A DNA stretch of 64,000 nt from Octopus sinensis (Eukaryota). The stretch lies in contig NC_043000.1 of NCBI RefSeq assembly GCF_006345805.1, positions 65,038,001 through 65,102,000 on the forward strand, in the 5' to 3' direction. The notes beneath the pieces were generated by a model. It was given only the letters and a program-made list of their open reading frames with translations. It ran no database searches and had not been told where the DNA came from. The number at the start of each line of letters is the position of its first letter. Positions within the stretch are counted from its first letter, which is position 1. A program made the position numbers and the translations under genes. Shown one piece after another: positions 43,315 through 57,420 of this stretch.

Positions 43315-44035
43315 GAAGGAGGATAAAAGGAAGTACAGCATAACTTGGTCCATAATAAGGCAGACGAAACCATACAATATAATTTCCAGGAGATGCTGTC
43401 TCTGCTCCGAGGAATCCCTGTCTATTCCGTGGACTAATCAGAAGATCAATTAAAGAATTTCTGAAAGACTCTCGAGATGCCTACACGCATATAAATGTAC
43501 ATTCGTACAATGCAGTGGGAATGAATTTTGAGTAACCGTTGACATAATTTACTTTAACGTATGGATGACTTAAGTTTACTGTTAACCCCCCCCCCCATTC
43601 TTACAAACACCAAGTTGATAGTTAACTCGCTTTGTGATCATGAATGCACCAAACTTCCACGTCTGCGTATACTCGCAGTTTCGCGGATGCTTGTATGAGC
43701 GAGTGTACTCGCATCATGCAGCTTGCGCTTGGGCGTTTATACATCTCTGTTTGTTAACGGTTATTTTAAATGATTTTCTCGCAGTATTGCGTGAACGTTT
43801 CTCTTTTCTCCATCTGTGATTTTATTTTTGGTCTTCTATGTAAATGAAAATATTTCCTCCGTTTCGCTGCTTTTCTTTCTACAAAACGAGAGGTTACATC
43901 TGCACCGCCGGATGCTCCTGAACCTGTTGTTGAGTGTCTTACCCGTGAGGGATCGAGACTAGATGTGCCGAAACAATTGTCGTGATTAATAATAAATTCT
44001 CGTATATTCCATCTTCCGTCTTTCATTTACCATAT
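43315..44035 (+). pseudogene. Penelope-like element 3' end: GIY-YIG tail, UTR and decayed hammerhead
   Basis: YSITWSIIRQTKPYNIISRRCCLCSEESLSI...SE..SRCLH resembles PLE WSI...PY...RCxLCxxEK..I...SE...CxH; stem II ggttacatct/agatgtgcc then GAAAC-aatt-GTC at 43892-43981 with CUGANGA eroded. Confidence 0.8.
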
Positions 44036-44129
44036 ACATAACGATCACTGTGAAAGTGGTCGTGCTTTACCAGTAAGCTACCAGGTGTAAACCGTTCGTT
44101 TTACTATCCATTAATAATAATAATAATAA

Positions 44130-44163
<34 letters not shown>

Positions 44164-44164
<1 letters not shown>

Positions 44165-44375
44165 ACAATGGCACTCTTCTTTATTTGCTTTACTTTCTGG
44201 AGAAGTAACCTCAATCATATAAATATTACCAAAATGAAGTAGATTGGCAAGTTTATTTTTGAACCTGTGGAAGACACACAAGATGTCGAAATATCGTTCA
44301 TTTGATAACAATAGCACTCTTCTTTATTTGATTTTTTTCTTTCTGGAGGAATAACCTCAATCATATAAATATTAT
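44164..44375 (+). repeat. Short direct duplication (44164-44230 / 44307-44375) between (TAA)n/(TAG)n tracts
   Basis: taacaat.gcactcttctttatttg...taacctcaatcatataaatatta occurs twice. Confidence 0.75.
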
Positions 44376-44386
44376 TATCATTATTT

Positions 44387-44440
<54 letters not shown>

Positions 44441-44516
44441 TATATGTGTGTGTGTATATATGTATAAATGTACTTATATATGGATGTATATATGTACTTA
44501 CATATGTGTGAGAGAA

Positions 44517-44549
<33 letters not shown>

Positions 44550-45549
44550 TGAGAGAGAGAGAGAGATACATTTAGGCATAAATGTGTAGATGAATAGAAG
44601 TATTTATTCATATGTCTCTTTCCAAATGGAATCCTATTTTTGTTTGTTTATCGATATTAAAATTCTCTTGCACCAAATCCGATTAAAATTATTCTTATTT
44701 CAAGTTCACCATGAACTCAATATAACAGATGTTAACAGATGCTAACAAAAAGAAATAAATTTTCCATTTCTAAACAATTTGAAACTACACCAAACACAGT
44801 GTGTACAACTTTTTGAACATAATTTAGCCAATGAATATTCGAAATATATTAGAATATTTTCTTATAGTTTATTGAGTTGTAGTTATGAAGTTGTTAGCAT
44901 ACCTACAATTATAGCCTTAATAATGCCAATATCAAAATGACCTATAAAAAGCTAAGAAATTCGTTGAAATAATTTCTTCCTAATAGAAACGATATAACTT
45001 AAATTAAATCCGTTTCGAATTTAGTGCTCTGTATTTCAGACAACAAATATTTTGTCACTTCCATATTTCACTTCTTCACCTGCCTAAATCTGAGATGGTA
45101 TATCTATGTAAGAAATCAATACAGTGTTATCTATTTATAATTTCCATAGATATTATCATTCTTTAAATACCACTCACTGTTCCCACCATCTTTTTAGACT
45201 GTGGCATGTACTGACTGTAGAGAAGAATCATAAGTAATCTTTGTGAAAACCTTATTCCCAGTTGACGCCATTTCACTTCACTTATGTCGCTAATGTCTTC
45301 GAGAAAGATGATGAAAATAAAATAAAAAGAATTTCTCCCCACTTACAATCTTTATTCCAACGTGATAACATTTTTGTTTTATTCAGTTCACAGTAAGCTG
45401 ATGGTTTTTATACCAAAAATTGATTTCCTATTTAGACACAACCACACACCACAGAGGAAGGAAGACGGACACGTATATATATATATATATGTGTTGTGTG
45501 TGTGTGTGTGTGTTGTGTGTGTGTGTGGTGTGTGGTGTGTGTGTGCGTG

Positions 45550-45581
<32 letters not shown>

Positions 45582-45615
45582 CACATATTATATATATAAT
45601 ATGTATATATATATG

Positions 45616-45684
<69 letters not shown>

Positions 45685-45949
45685 GATGATATTTTCATAA
45701 GCATAAATGGAGTAATTGAAATGAACTGAATTCAAACGGGCATTGAATGTTTTTTTGTAACTTTTTTTCACGGTTTTATCAACGGTAGAAAGGCAGCACT
45801 AATGGCCTTACAGGGCATCCAACGCTTGTTGACGGCAGGGCGATGGATTAAATTTTCCACTCAAGAATAGTAATGACAGAATTCAAACTCTCGCTTGTTT
45901 TTGCTCTCATGATCCTCTTCTATGTACGTTGTATTGAATAAATGCCTTA

Positions 45950-46135
45950 AAGCGATGTAATGGTAGAATCGTTAGCAAGTTGGACAAAAATTTTTAACAA
46001 AATTTCTTTCAGCGCTTTACGTACTTGGTTCAAATTCCGCTAAGGTCGACCTTTCCTTTCATCCTTTCGGGGTCAATGTAATCGACTTACGCTCTCTCTT
46101 AAAATTGTTGACCTTGTGCAAAAATTTGGAACCGT
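45950..46135 (+). mobile_element. SINE family B
   Basis: tggtagaatcgttagc...ggttcaaattccgc...ttcatcctttcggggtc. Confidence 0.7.
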
Positions 46136-46499
46136 TATATAAATGCATAACCGGATGATTGCCAGTTAAGATTCATCAACCTTCTTCCTTCAATTAATAA
46201 GTAAAAGGTTTGATATAATTTTTTTTCTAAAAAATTTTTTTAATGCTATAGTCTGCCATGGTTATGAAATTATTTAGTATTTACTAACCATTAGGTCAAT
46301 TATTACTTCCTTTAATGTCAGAGATCAAAAAGTGTCAAATTTTTTCCAAGTAAAAATGGATAATGAAAAGAACTGATTTAATCAACGGAAATAACTCTGA
46401 TGTTGAATATGACCTTTGTCGCTACTAAAACCGTATTGCAATTAATGAGCAAGAAGAAACGAGAGGAAAACCCAAACAAACAAACAAATTAAAACAACA

Positions 46500-46542
<43 letters not shown>

Positions 46543-47036
46543 CACACACACACACACACTACAGTGTTGTTAATGAATCTCTATAATATCGATTTATAGG
46601 TGGTTGAATTCTTTCTTAAACTTTTGTGTCTTAGAAACTTTAAATATGGTCATTGCTATCTTTTTTTTTTTTAATAAAGTCAAATATTCATACTACTTTT
46701 TTACAAAGTTAATCTCCATGTCTCAGCACTGAAATAAAAACAAAAAGAGTTTAATAGAGATAATATTTAGTTTGAATTATTGTAGTTTAAAGAGGAAACA
46801 TAGGCATAATTCTGGAAAGTGGGTTAAGGAAAATATTTATAAAATTATTTTTTGTTAAACGATATATGAGGTTATTGAGTCATTAGTAAAAGTGAAAGTT
46901 ACAGGATACCACGTTGGTTATAGAGTGTTGATTAGTAAAAGCAATAGCCTTATTTTGCGATAAATCTACCCAGAAGACGCTTAATCTTTTCTAGGGTAGA
47001 ACATTTTATTTTGCATTGCAATATTCAAGACTTATA

Positions 47037-47205
47037 GGCGGCGAGCTGGCAGAATCGTGAGCACGCCGGGCAAAATACTTAGCCGCATTTCGTCCACCTT
47101 TACGTACTGGGTTCAAATTCCGTCGAGGTCGATAAAATAAGTACTAGTTAAGTACTGGGGACGATGTAATAAACTTATATACCCCGAAATTGCTGGCCTT
47201 GTACC
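47037..47205 (+). mobile_element. SINE family B
   Basis: ggcggcgagctggcagaatcgtgagcacgccgggc. Confidence 0.75.
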
Positions 47206-47265
47206 AATGTTAAACCAATTTTTCACGACTCGAATCTTTTATATATATATATATATATATATTGT

Positions 47266-47321
<56 letters not shown>

Positions 47322-47374
47322 CCTACATACATACATACACACGCACATATATGTGATTCTTTCATTCTGACAGA

Positions 47375-48005
47375 TGATAGCCGTTCCATCAACATACACA
47401 TTACACAATTACACACCACAATTCCTCCGTTGATGAGCCCTCAGATGACTTTTAAAACCAACTGCTGACTGACGGGGTCTAAAACACAAGTGACAGATAT
47501 TCAAGTTTCTTCTACATCTTTGCCCATTCTGAAGGAGTGCTTTTGTGAACTGGCATATGTCTTTTAAGTTCAGATAAGATTTGTCACATATGACACAAGT
47601 CATAAGAGGCGGTTGGGGTTTTATATTATTATCTACCTGTGCATTTCGATTTTCGTGTGACTTCATATGATTCACGTATCCTACTTTTGACAACAGAACA
47701 CGATCACACGTGATACATATCCAATATTCACAGCTGATTCCAGTTCCAATTGTTCCTTTCCATCTTTTCCTCTCATGCCTTGCAACCAGTCATAGCAACA
47801 CTACTCCACTTGTTCCAATCCAGAGCATCAGTTTCCCAATCACTTTTGATCACATCTAGTTTCTTCAGGTTTTCCTTCACACAATCTTTATACCTTTTCC
47901 TCGGCTTATGTTGTGGTCACTTACCAAAGCTGAGCTCACCGTAAAGAAGACGCTTTGGCAATCGCTCATTTTTCATCTAATAACATGTCCAGCCTATCTC
48001 ATTTG
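47375..48005 (-). pseudogene. RTE (BovB-like) LINE 3' end with C2H2 zinc fingers
   Basis: Minus RLPKRLLYGELSFGK*PQHKPRKRYKDCVKENLK, then Cys/His motifs (NHMKSH, CVICDK, CHLC...SHLRAH). Confidence 0.8.
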
Positions 48006-48009
48006 AAAC

Positions 48010-48420
48010 GTGTACAACAAAAAATACGAAGTATGAGTACATGGAATATGAACTATTTTTTTGAACAACGAAAGACACAAATGGAAATCAAGACAAACAA
48101 CGCAGAAAACGACCCTTCATCAGGTGTTGGCTGTTTTTCTACTCTCGTATTTCGAGCATTTAACAACAAGATACGTTTTCGATAAAGCAGTTTATATACA
48201 TATATATATGCGACCCTTCTGTCCGGCCTTCGCCATGATAGATCGCTAGCCACTATAATTCTCTATTTTCTCTCGTTGGTTCTTTCTGTGTTCCTTTCTG
48301 TGGAAGAGCATAGGCTCGAAACGTTAAAGACCTTTTCACTTCCTGAGCGTTATACTAATACATCTATTTGTTGTCTTCACCACCTGTCTTCGGTCTTTTG
48401 TTTGCTTTGTGAATTCTCCC
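48010..48420 (+). mobile_element. Short pLTR-like element, family P6, with variant minimal hammerhead
   Basis: cttt-CTGTGGA-a-gagc-atag-gctc-GAAAC-GTT-aaag at 48294-48329; ends in (TA)n; similar layout at 57815-58010 on minus. Confidence 0.55.
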
Positions 48421-48477
<57 letters not shown>

Positions 48478-49306
48478 TTATATATATATATATATTGTTT
48501 ATATCATTATATGTATATATACATCAGAAACGATTAAGAGAAAATGGATTGAATGATATTCTTTATCCCATTATCCCATTACTACATTTGTTTCTACATA
48601 TCGTAAAAACTGTAGTACTTTGGTGATATGATATAATTAACTTATTGCATAATCTCTACCATCCATCAAGGGTGTAAAATGTGTTTCTTCAGGTATTTTG
48701 AATACGTTTTTCGTTAAATCTGTCATTTCACTCCAACCAGAATGAATAACCACAGCAGTGTGCTATACTCGACAATTTGCAAACGAAATTAAACCTATAT
48801 ATATAAAGACATACAAAAATATCATATAATAAAAATAGAAAATTCCAAAACAAAGAAACAAAAACCAAAAGAACTCCCTGTTCAGTTAACTATAAAACAC
48901 AATTCTATGTTCATGGTCAGATTATTAAGAAGAAAAATAAAAAATAAAATAAGGAGTGAAATCAAGCGTATAGAGACAAAAACGTGATAAAGTGATAAAG
49001 ACCGACCGTTTGCTGTTCTTGACAATTATGTACTTGAAAGGTATCTAAAGAATCACTTCTCTGTAATAACAAATCATTTGGTTCCACTCTCACTAGAATC
49101 TGCCTAGGTACAAATCTAATTTATGACTGTCTCTTCTATACTTTTTTAAAGCCACTATATAAAGTTTAGTTAGTAGGTAACCTCTCCCTCCCATGCATAC
49201 ATATTCTTTCACATACCCAGATACAAAGTAGTGTATATAGCTTTATGTGTTATATATATGTATGATACATACATATATATATAATACATACACACACTAT
49301 ATATGT

Positions 49307-49348
<42 letters not shown>

Positions 49349-49454
49349 ATATATATATACATACATACATATATAAATACATACACACACATATATATGT
49401 ATAAATATGTGTGTGTATGTATATATGTATGTATGTATAATACCAATGTATAAT

Positions 49455-49492
<38 letters not shown>

Positions 49493-49930
49493 TGATAATA
49501 CTAAAACTCTTGAGATGTTTGTGTGTAACTGAAATATCTCAGAAATAGTGTATCTTATCTTAATGCTTTTTACATAAATATTTTCATATCTTCGGCAGTG
49601 CAGTACAAATTTTTGTGACATTGGAACCTCTATTTAAAGGATTAAACACAATTTTTGTTATTTCTTGACGAAAGAACATATGGCTTCCGTGACGTCAACA
49701 CACATACATAATATACACATATATAATGAATGTCATGGCGAGTCAATCAGCACAAACACTCGTCCGCTACCTGTGACATATATACACACATAGTTCTCGC
49801 CTTCTCTAAGAAAAAACTATCGACATTTTGACCTACACACTATTTTAATCATTTAGAAATACTTTTAACTGAATGTGATTTCATCATCCGGAGTTCGTTA
49901 ATTTCCGTAAAAAAATTTTATTTATGTACC

Positions 49931-50145
49931 TTTGTTTTAAAGTGAAAGAGAGGAGAAAGTGAAAGATGTATGTACGTGTATATGAAATGAACGTGCGTGT
50001 GTGAAAGAAAGAGGGCAAGAGAGAGAGAAGGGAAGAGAGAGAGAAAAAGAGAGAGTGAGTGAAGGGATGTGTTGTCCTGTATACATACGTACATCAATAC
50101 ATATGCGCACATCATTTTTGTATGTACGTGTGTATGTGTGTGTTT

Positions 50146-50179
<34 letters not shown>

Positions 50180-50407
50180 GAGTGAGAGAGACAGGGGGAG
50201 GGAGAGTGTGAGTGAACGTGTGTATTCTCATTTATGTGTAAGTAGCACACTCTCTTTCTCCCTCTCAAACACAGAGACACACAAGCACACACACATACAC
50301 ACAAACACACACACATACACACAAACACACACATATACCACACACATCCATTTCATATATACGTTGATACATCTTTCACTTTCTCTTCTCTTTCACTTTT
50401 AAACAAA
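49931..50407. repeat. Inverted repeat (49931-49995 / 50343-50407) around simple repeats
   Basis: tttgttttaaagtgaaagagaggagaaagtgaaagatgtat vs atacatctttcactttctcttctctttcacttttaaacaaa. Confidence 0.75.
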
Positions 50408-50615
50408 ATTAGAAGATGATTTTCAAGATAAAAATTGTTCAAAAAAAAACTTCTACTTGTGTAAATTGATTACTATTGTTTGGATAGTTCCAGTAAAATA
50501 AGCTCAGAAGTTAGGTTAAATATATATACATGCATAAGTACGTGAATTCACATTCTACAAACTGGCAAACAATTCCTAGAATACTCTACCTGTGTAGTAT
50601 ATATATGTGTGTATA

Positions 50616-50647
<32 letters not shown>

Positions 50648-51026
50648 TAATATATATTAATATATATATATTATATATAATATATATATATTATATATAT
50701 ATAATATGTATATATATATATAGTGTGTGTTGTGTTATATATATATATATATATATCTATTTATAGATATATATATATACACACACACCAACAACCACAC
50801 ACACCACCACACCACACACACACACATATCTATTTATATATGCCTACATATATATTTCTTACATTCTTTATATCTTTACTATTTGTATAAATATTAGTAT
50901 ATGCTAAGTTCTAAGTTTATGTGCAACGGAGATCTACTACGATGATAACTAGAATTTGTTATACATACATACATACATTCATATAGAAAATACATACATA
51001 CATACATACATACATACATACATACA

Positions 51027-51097
<71 letters not shown>

Positions 51098-51099
<2 letters not shown>

Positions 51100-51505
51100 C
51101 AATAATAATTCTCTAAATGAGATATAGACAGTAACTGCTCCATAACATAAGGGACTAAAGCCATCTGAATATGGCTAGGGACAGGGCAGGGTGGTGGGGT
51201 GTTATTGTTGCATTTAGCCCCGGCGAACATCAACGTCGCCAGATAGGCTTGACACCATCACGGCGTCCTTTATCCTGCAAAGGAGATAATTCCCCGATGA
51301 AGCGGAAACACACACGGACCTAGTTTTCAAGGTATTGCCTATCATCAACGTGTGGTAGGCCCCCGCTTCCTTGCAGGATAAAGGACGCCGTGATGGTGTC
51401 AACCTATCTGCGACGTTGATGTTCGCCTGGGGCTAAATGCAACAGTAACACCCCCACCACCCTGCCCTGTCCATAGCCATATTCAGATGGCTTTAGTCCC
51501 TTATG

Positions 51506-51508
<3 letters not shown>
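51098..51508 (-). mobile_element. Hairpin pLTR-like element, family P1 (long), hammerhead in the loop
   Basis: Arms ~51143-51283 / 51369-51508; tail 51098-51142; same family as 20847 and 22538. Confidence 0.8.
51311..51354 (-). ncRNA. Minimal hammerhead motif (two substitutions)
   Basis: Minus: cacacg-TTGATGA-t-agg-caata-cct-t-GAAAA-ctag-GTC-cgtgtg; perfect 6-bp stem I; CTAG palindrome loop. Confidence 0.7.
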
Positions 51509-51552
<44 letters not shown>

Positions 51553-51730
51553 ATAAAATACGTTTTCCGCGTATGTATGTGTGTGTGCATGTATAGAGAT
51601 GTATATATTAGCGTAGTGATGCGTACGTATATATGCGTGTGTATGTGCGTGTATGCGTAGACATATATATGTATATATGTGTGTTTGCATGTATATGCAC
51701 ACGTGCGTGTGAGTATGTATATAGATATAT

Positions 51731-51761
<31 letters not shown>

Positions 51762-51855
51762 ATATATATATATACATAAATATATATATATATATACATA
51801 ATATATATATATATATGTATATGTATATGTGTGTCTGTGTGTGTGTGTGTATGTA

Positions 51856-51898
<43 letters not shown>

Positions 51899-51901
<3 letters not shown>

Positions 51902-52022
51902 GAAGGTATATGAAAAGTCTCGAACCTCAAAAGATGCAAAGCATGGTACAAGACATCTGATGAAGGCACAAGACTTCAAAGCTCAAAAGTTTGAAGGCTC
52001 AAAACTTTTCATACACCCCATA
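51899..52022. mobile_element. Tc1/mariner-type MITE
   Basis: Imperfect TIRs cgaaggtatatgaaaagtctcgaacct / aggctcaaaacttttcatacacccca; TA flanks. Confidence 0.6.
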
Positions 52023-52212
52023 CTCTTTTACTCTTTTGCTTGTTTCAGTCATTTGACTGTGGCCATGCTGGATCACCGTGTTTAGTCGAGCAAATCGACC
52101 CCTAGTACTTTTTCTATCGGTCTCATTTGCCGAACCGCTAAGTTACGGGGACGTAAACACACCAGCATCATTTGCCAAGCGATGTTGGGGGACAAACACA
52201 GACACACAAACA
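52023..52212 (-). mobile_element. SINE family A, 3' half
   Basis: cttgtttcagtcatttgactgtggccatgctgg...gggggacaaacacagac. Confidence 0.8.
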
Positions 52213-52230
52213 TATATATATATATATATA

Positions 52231-52615
52231 CTAGCAGTATCGCCCGGCGTTGCTCGGGTTGTAAGGGAAATAACTATATAAGCATTTTTAGAAAGTTATA
52301 GCCAAAAAATGCATTAAAAATTGAAAAAAAATTAAGGTAAATATTTTTTAAATCGTTGACCCATCGTAGATATTTTTAGAGAGTTACTTCCCTTATATAA
52401 AAGCGAAAAAAATGCATTAAAATGGAAAAATATGATGGTAAATTTTTTTTAAATCGTAGACTCATCGTAGACGCACGCTAATACCCAGAAGGGCTCGATA
52501 TGAATCACGACTATAAGATACCCCGCTTTGGTTAAACTGCACTGCAAAATGTGGGAGTAGTTAGGAATCTAAATCGTAGGAGAGACAGACACACAACTTC
52601 ACTCTTATATAAAGA
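52231..52615 (-). mobile_element. Non-autonomous Helitron (second family, same 3' hairpin)
   Basis: a|ctagcagtatcgcccggcgttgctcggg...ttatataaaga|t, i.e. minus 5' TC...hairpin-CTAG inserted at AT. Confidence 0.8.
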
Positions 52616-53779
52616 TGCTTTTTTTTTTTCAGTCATAGAGTTAGATTTATGAAGGTCTTCAGTAGAAAATCCTTCGAATTCTGACTCGCTGCTTGATATA
52701 ATGAAATTCGTATCCATTTTTTGTCAGAATTAAAAATTTTGAAAACACAATAGGAACAAATTTCGGAAAAAAATCTCCCATAATTCACGGAATTAAAATT
52801 ACACTTCGATTTTTGTACAAAACTAGTTGAAGTGTTTACGAAGTATAATACGTGTTTTCACGGATGTACTAAAGAGATTTGCTCTGATATTCTCATTTAA
52901 ATATGAATAGGTAAATTCGGGCGGCTTGGTAACTATATATAAGTGTCGTCTGTTTATACATAAACACTGTTTCATACTGCAATTATATATACATATATCT
53001 ATATAATATTATATAATAAAATATATACAGAGTAAAATAAAAGCCAATTTACCTTTCTGTCCTCCGTGTGTCTTTGCAAATGTGTTGGAATGATAAGTGA
53101 CTTGTGTTTTTGCGCCTTTTTTACTAATAACAAACACACACGTGTTTGTATGTAGTTGTATGTGTATGTAGTTGTATGTAGTTGTATATGTATGTGTATG
53201 CGTGTGTGTGAAGAATGACACACACACACTCACGCACGCACACATGTACATCAATGCTTTCGGAGTGATATGTTAAAATATTGAGTTTTCTCGAATTTTG
53301 TCTTAATTGGGGGGAAATTGAAAAAATATATTATGGCATGAGCGAATGGAGTACTTTGAAAAATCTTAGGTAAATTCTAATTGAAGAAGTTGTGTGAGGA
53401 TTAAATGGTTATGTATTTATTTGTTTCTGTTTGCTGTGTTTTTTTTTTTTTTGAGTAGTGGTTTAAACACTTTCAGTTTAGTCTTCCTCAAATCACTCTG
53501 TCGCTATTTACTTTCATTTTATTCGTTGCCCACTGTGTGTGTGCGTTTGCGTGTGGTGTAAACCAGACTAAGAAAAGCATTTGACACACACACCAGAATG
53601 TGAGTTTTCTGTAAATTTTGCTTAATTGGAGTTTAAATTTTAAAAACTGGACCTGGCATGACGCGATGCATTGTACTCTTAAAAATGCTAGGTAAATTGT
53701 AATTGAAGAAATCCTATATTGTAGATTTGTATAACTCCCAAAGGGAGGCAGATAAAATCTGCCTTTTATAATAAGAGAT

Positions 53780-54150
53780 ATACAACGGTTTTTTTTCAGT
53801 TTCCGTCTTCCAAATCCACTCACAAGGCTATAGCAGAAGAATCCGGAACCATGTGGTTGGTAAGCAAGCTACTTACCACACAGCCACTCCTACGCCTATT
53901 ATATATATATACTACGCCTACATATATATATATATATATACTAGCAGAGATACCCAGCCTCGCTCGGGATTAAAATGGCATAGTTTTTTTTGTTTTACTT
54001 GTTTCAGTCATCTGACAGCGGCCATGCTGGAGCACCGCTTTTGGTCGAACATTGTATGCCTCGTAGTTATTCTATTAGACTCTTTTGCCAAACCGCTAAG
54101 TTATGGTAACGTAAACACAGCAACATTGGTTGTCAATCGATAGTGGTAGT
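53780..54150 (-). mobile_element. SINE family A fragments plus a Helitron 3'-end stub (53941-53970)
   Basis: cttaccacacagccactcctacgcc head; ctagcagagatacccagcctcgctcggg; ttacttgtttcagtca tail. Confidence 0.7.
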
Positions 54151-55443
54151 AGAAACACACACACACACAGACGTCGTTTGCATGCACGCTCATTTGTATG
54201 TATGTATGTATGTATGTATGTATGTATGTATGTATGTATTATGTATGTATGTATGTATGTATGTATGTATGTATGTGTGTATGTATGTGCTTAATAGAAT
54301 GTTGATTCATTCACATGTCAATAGAAACATCATTACATATTCATTAAGTTTTATGATACTTAATGATTATGTAATATTTCTACTCATATTATTACTAACT
54401 GGTTGGCTTGGCTGGAAGCTGAGGATTATGGATGAAGTGTTTTAGATTAATGGATGAGTATGTCATTTGATGCGGCACATTTTTGCTCAAATCCACTTAG
54501 GGCTGACTTTGGTTTATTTTATTCTCGTGACTATAATGGAGTTGATTCAAAAAGCCTTACTAAATTGCCGTCAGACTAAACAAAATAAGCATGACCAAAT
54601 TCTTAGGAAATCTACGCTGAAATGTAGTGCAAGATTTATAGGTAACAATTAATTTGCATAAGAATAATTAATTTACTTTGGAGACTATATTGTTAAGGTA
54701 TACTCTACTGGAATAAAAGTATGTTAATTGCATTGGTTTAAGAATAATACATTAATAATTCCTTCTTGTAATTTATTAGTGTCTACTCTAATTTCCTTTT
54801 TGATTTGTTTTGCACTAATTTGTTCTACGTTAATTTTGCTTTGAGGAATGTAATGATAATAAACACAAAAATTTAACTATCCACCATACACAACCTTAGC
54901 TACAAACTTTATTTCGACATCTCGCTCTCATAATCAATTCTCTAACAAACGACAGTTTTATGAATACAATGGCTTGCCTCCCAAGTTTTAAATTTTACAG
55001 CTCTTTTATTTCGTTTCCGTTTAGTTCTGGAGTATTTTAACAAAGAAAAGCTGCATTATCGTGTCTGTCAAGATTTCTTTTCATTTTATGAGAGCCCCCA
55101 CAAAGTTAAAATAAAAAAAAAGTAATGTATTTAAAGGAAGATATATTGCTGTGGTTTTATTGCTTTGTAGCAGTCAGCAGTTAACGTTGTTGTTTGCAAT
55201 AAAGGAGAAACGTTTCGAATGTTCCTGTTTAGGATTTTAAAAAATATTACACTAAATATATTATTAACAACGACTGATAATCGGTAACATAAATTTAAGT
55301 TTGCAATCTTTTCTCTCAAAGCTTTAGCAAATACTCTTCTGTCAATCACTAGACCCCCTTCTTTTAATTTCATAACAACTGTGTCATATGCATTTTAGTC
55401 TGAAGCATCCTGCAAATGAGTGACTCGGTGTACAATAAATATA

Positions 55444-55767
55444 TCTCTCTATATATAAAGCTGAAGTTGTCTGTGTATGGCAGTTTTGGTAGCCTTCAAC
55501 TAACACTATCTCCTCCGAGACCCTGCGGCGCAAGTTGGCCAAAATTGAGAGTATGATAGAAGAAGGCTTGTTCTTCCTTCCGTAGAAGAAAAATTTCAAA
55601 TCGGACCATGTTAACACTAAAAATTATTTATATAAAAAAGGTGCTTATTTTCTATGAAAATCCATATTTTTTACGATTTTTTGACTGCCGTGACGCCATT
55701 TACTTTTCAAAAATTCCAATTCTAAAGGGTCGAAACAAACCCGAGCAACGCCGGGCGATACTGCTAG
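55444..55767 (+). mobile_element. Non-autonomous Helitron
   Basis: A|TC start; cccgagcaacgccggg hairpin then CTAG|T; deletion variant of 35392-35781. Confidence 0.85.
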
Positions 55768-56576
55768 TAATAAATAAAGAAGCTTTAAATACCTCCCATG
55801 TAGTGAGTTGCATTTACTTCTCTGAAGATTCACAACCTCCAAATAAGCATCGTTAGAATAGTTGTCTGTGGTCATTTTACTTTTTCTACTTACTTTGATG
55901 AAATAAAAATACTCATATATTCTAAATGTTTACTGATTATGTAATTTGCAGACACTATTTAGTCTGTTTCTTTAAAATAATAAGAATCTTCAGTTTTTCC
56001 AGAGATTTCCAAACAAAAATTTAAAGAGTTTTATGTAACTTTAATTTAAAATCTCCCCTCTCTCTCTCTCTTTCTCTCTCTCTCTTTACCATTCACCAAT
56101 TGTAGCTTCTGACTACATCATTAACGAATATATTCATGAAACATTATTTACCATTAACTGCTGCGTAGACATGAAGTAGACTCACTGTCATCTGCAAAAT
56201 ACATAAAAATCATTCATTGATTTAACAAAAGTACTATATATTTCATTTCACTAACATGGAAATATACATAGGTGTTTTTTTCTTTCTTGAATTTCACTGA
56301 CTACATAAACTACAGACTGAATATGTAAAAATCTTTACATATAAATTCCTATATAATGGTAATTAGTTCAAGAACTTGAATAATTTTTTAAATCTCTTTT
56401 TCTCTGTCTCTTTCTCTCTTTCGCGTATGCTCAGACACACATGCGTTTATGTATGTATGTATGTTTCCGGAGTGTGCACGCGCGCGCGTATGTTTGTGTG
56501 TGTGTATGTATCTCTCTCTCTAGCTCTGTATATATATCCGAGTTTTATATATATATATATATATGTGTGTGTGTTG

Positions 56577-56607
<31 letters not shown>

Positions 56608-56609
56608 TG

Positions 56610-56954
56610 TGTGACAATTAGTTGGTTGTCATAATAAAATTCAGAGTTTCGGATGCCGGGGCTGAAGTCTGCTTCGGCATCTCATCAGTTATTAAGACAA
56701 ACCAATGGTCCAATAGTATAGAAGTCGTTGACTGGTTTAAAGCCATTAGGAAAAAAAGAAAGCGAGATTTATCACAATTTGAGGTTTATCTTAATAACTG
56801 ATGAGATGCCGGAGCAGACTTCAGCACCGGCATCCGCAACTCTGAGTGTTATATTGACAACCAACTAACTGTCACATATATTTATAGATAAATTCCTCTA
56901 TTTGTATAATATCGAGGTCTCATTCATTGTTTTGTTGTCATATTGTTATTATTA

Positions 56955-56955
<1 letters not shown>
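56610..56955 (+). mobile_element. Hairpin pLTR-like element, family P7
   Basis: 56610-56703 is the reverse complement of 56783-56876; ~75-nt tail to (TA)n; hammerhead in each arm. Confidence 0.75.
56794..56852 (+). ncRNA. Type-I hammerhead motif (mirror copy 56633-56692 minus)
   Basis: ataa-CTGATGA-gatgccgg...ccggcatc-c-GCAAC-tctga-GTG-ttat; the mirror keeps GAAAC, so the two arms carry different lesions; 8-bp stem II. Confidence 0.7.
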
Positions 56956-56987
<32 letters not shown>

Positions 56988-57374
56988 CACACACACACAT
57001 ATATGTATATATGTATGTATGTACGTATGTATGTATGTATGTATGTATGTATGTATGTATGTATGTATGTATGTATGTATGTATGTATGTATGTATGTAT
57101 GTATATCCGTGTTTGTATGTCTGTGTATAGAAGAATATATTAATCAATGAAATTCCAACTAAGTCTGGTCTTCACGTTTCATTATTTGCAATTTTTACAA
57201 TTTTGCAATATTGAAATGAACTAGTATTTTTATGCGTTTCGCAATCATTAGGTTTATGTAATAACAGCCGTGTTCCCAAATTTATTATATCATCATTATT
57301 GTATAAGTTTATATATTGTTCTATTTTGTATGTATTTATATATAAACACACACACATATATATATACACACATG

Positions 57375-57412
<38 letters not shown>

Positions 57413-57420
57413 TATATATA

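Noticed and set aside
51294-51320. Plus-strand ccgatga-agcg-gaaac as a hammerhead
   Set aside because: No stem II or stem I; the minus-strand reading at 51311-51354 fits far better
51957-51975. CTGATGA as a hammerhead core
   Set aside because: No stem II-GAAA-NUH follows; it lies inside a mariner-type MITE
52532-52717. ORF with SESEFEGF acidic motif suggesting a DNA transposase end
   Set aside because: Too short and fused to Helitron sequence; insufficient evidence
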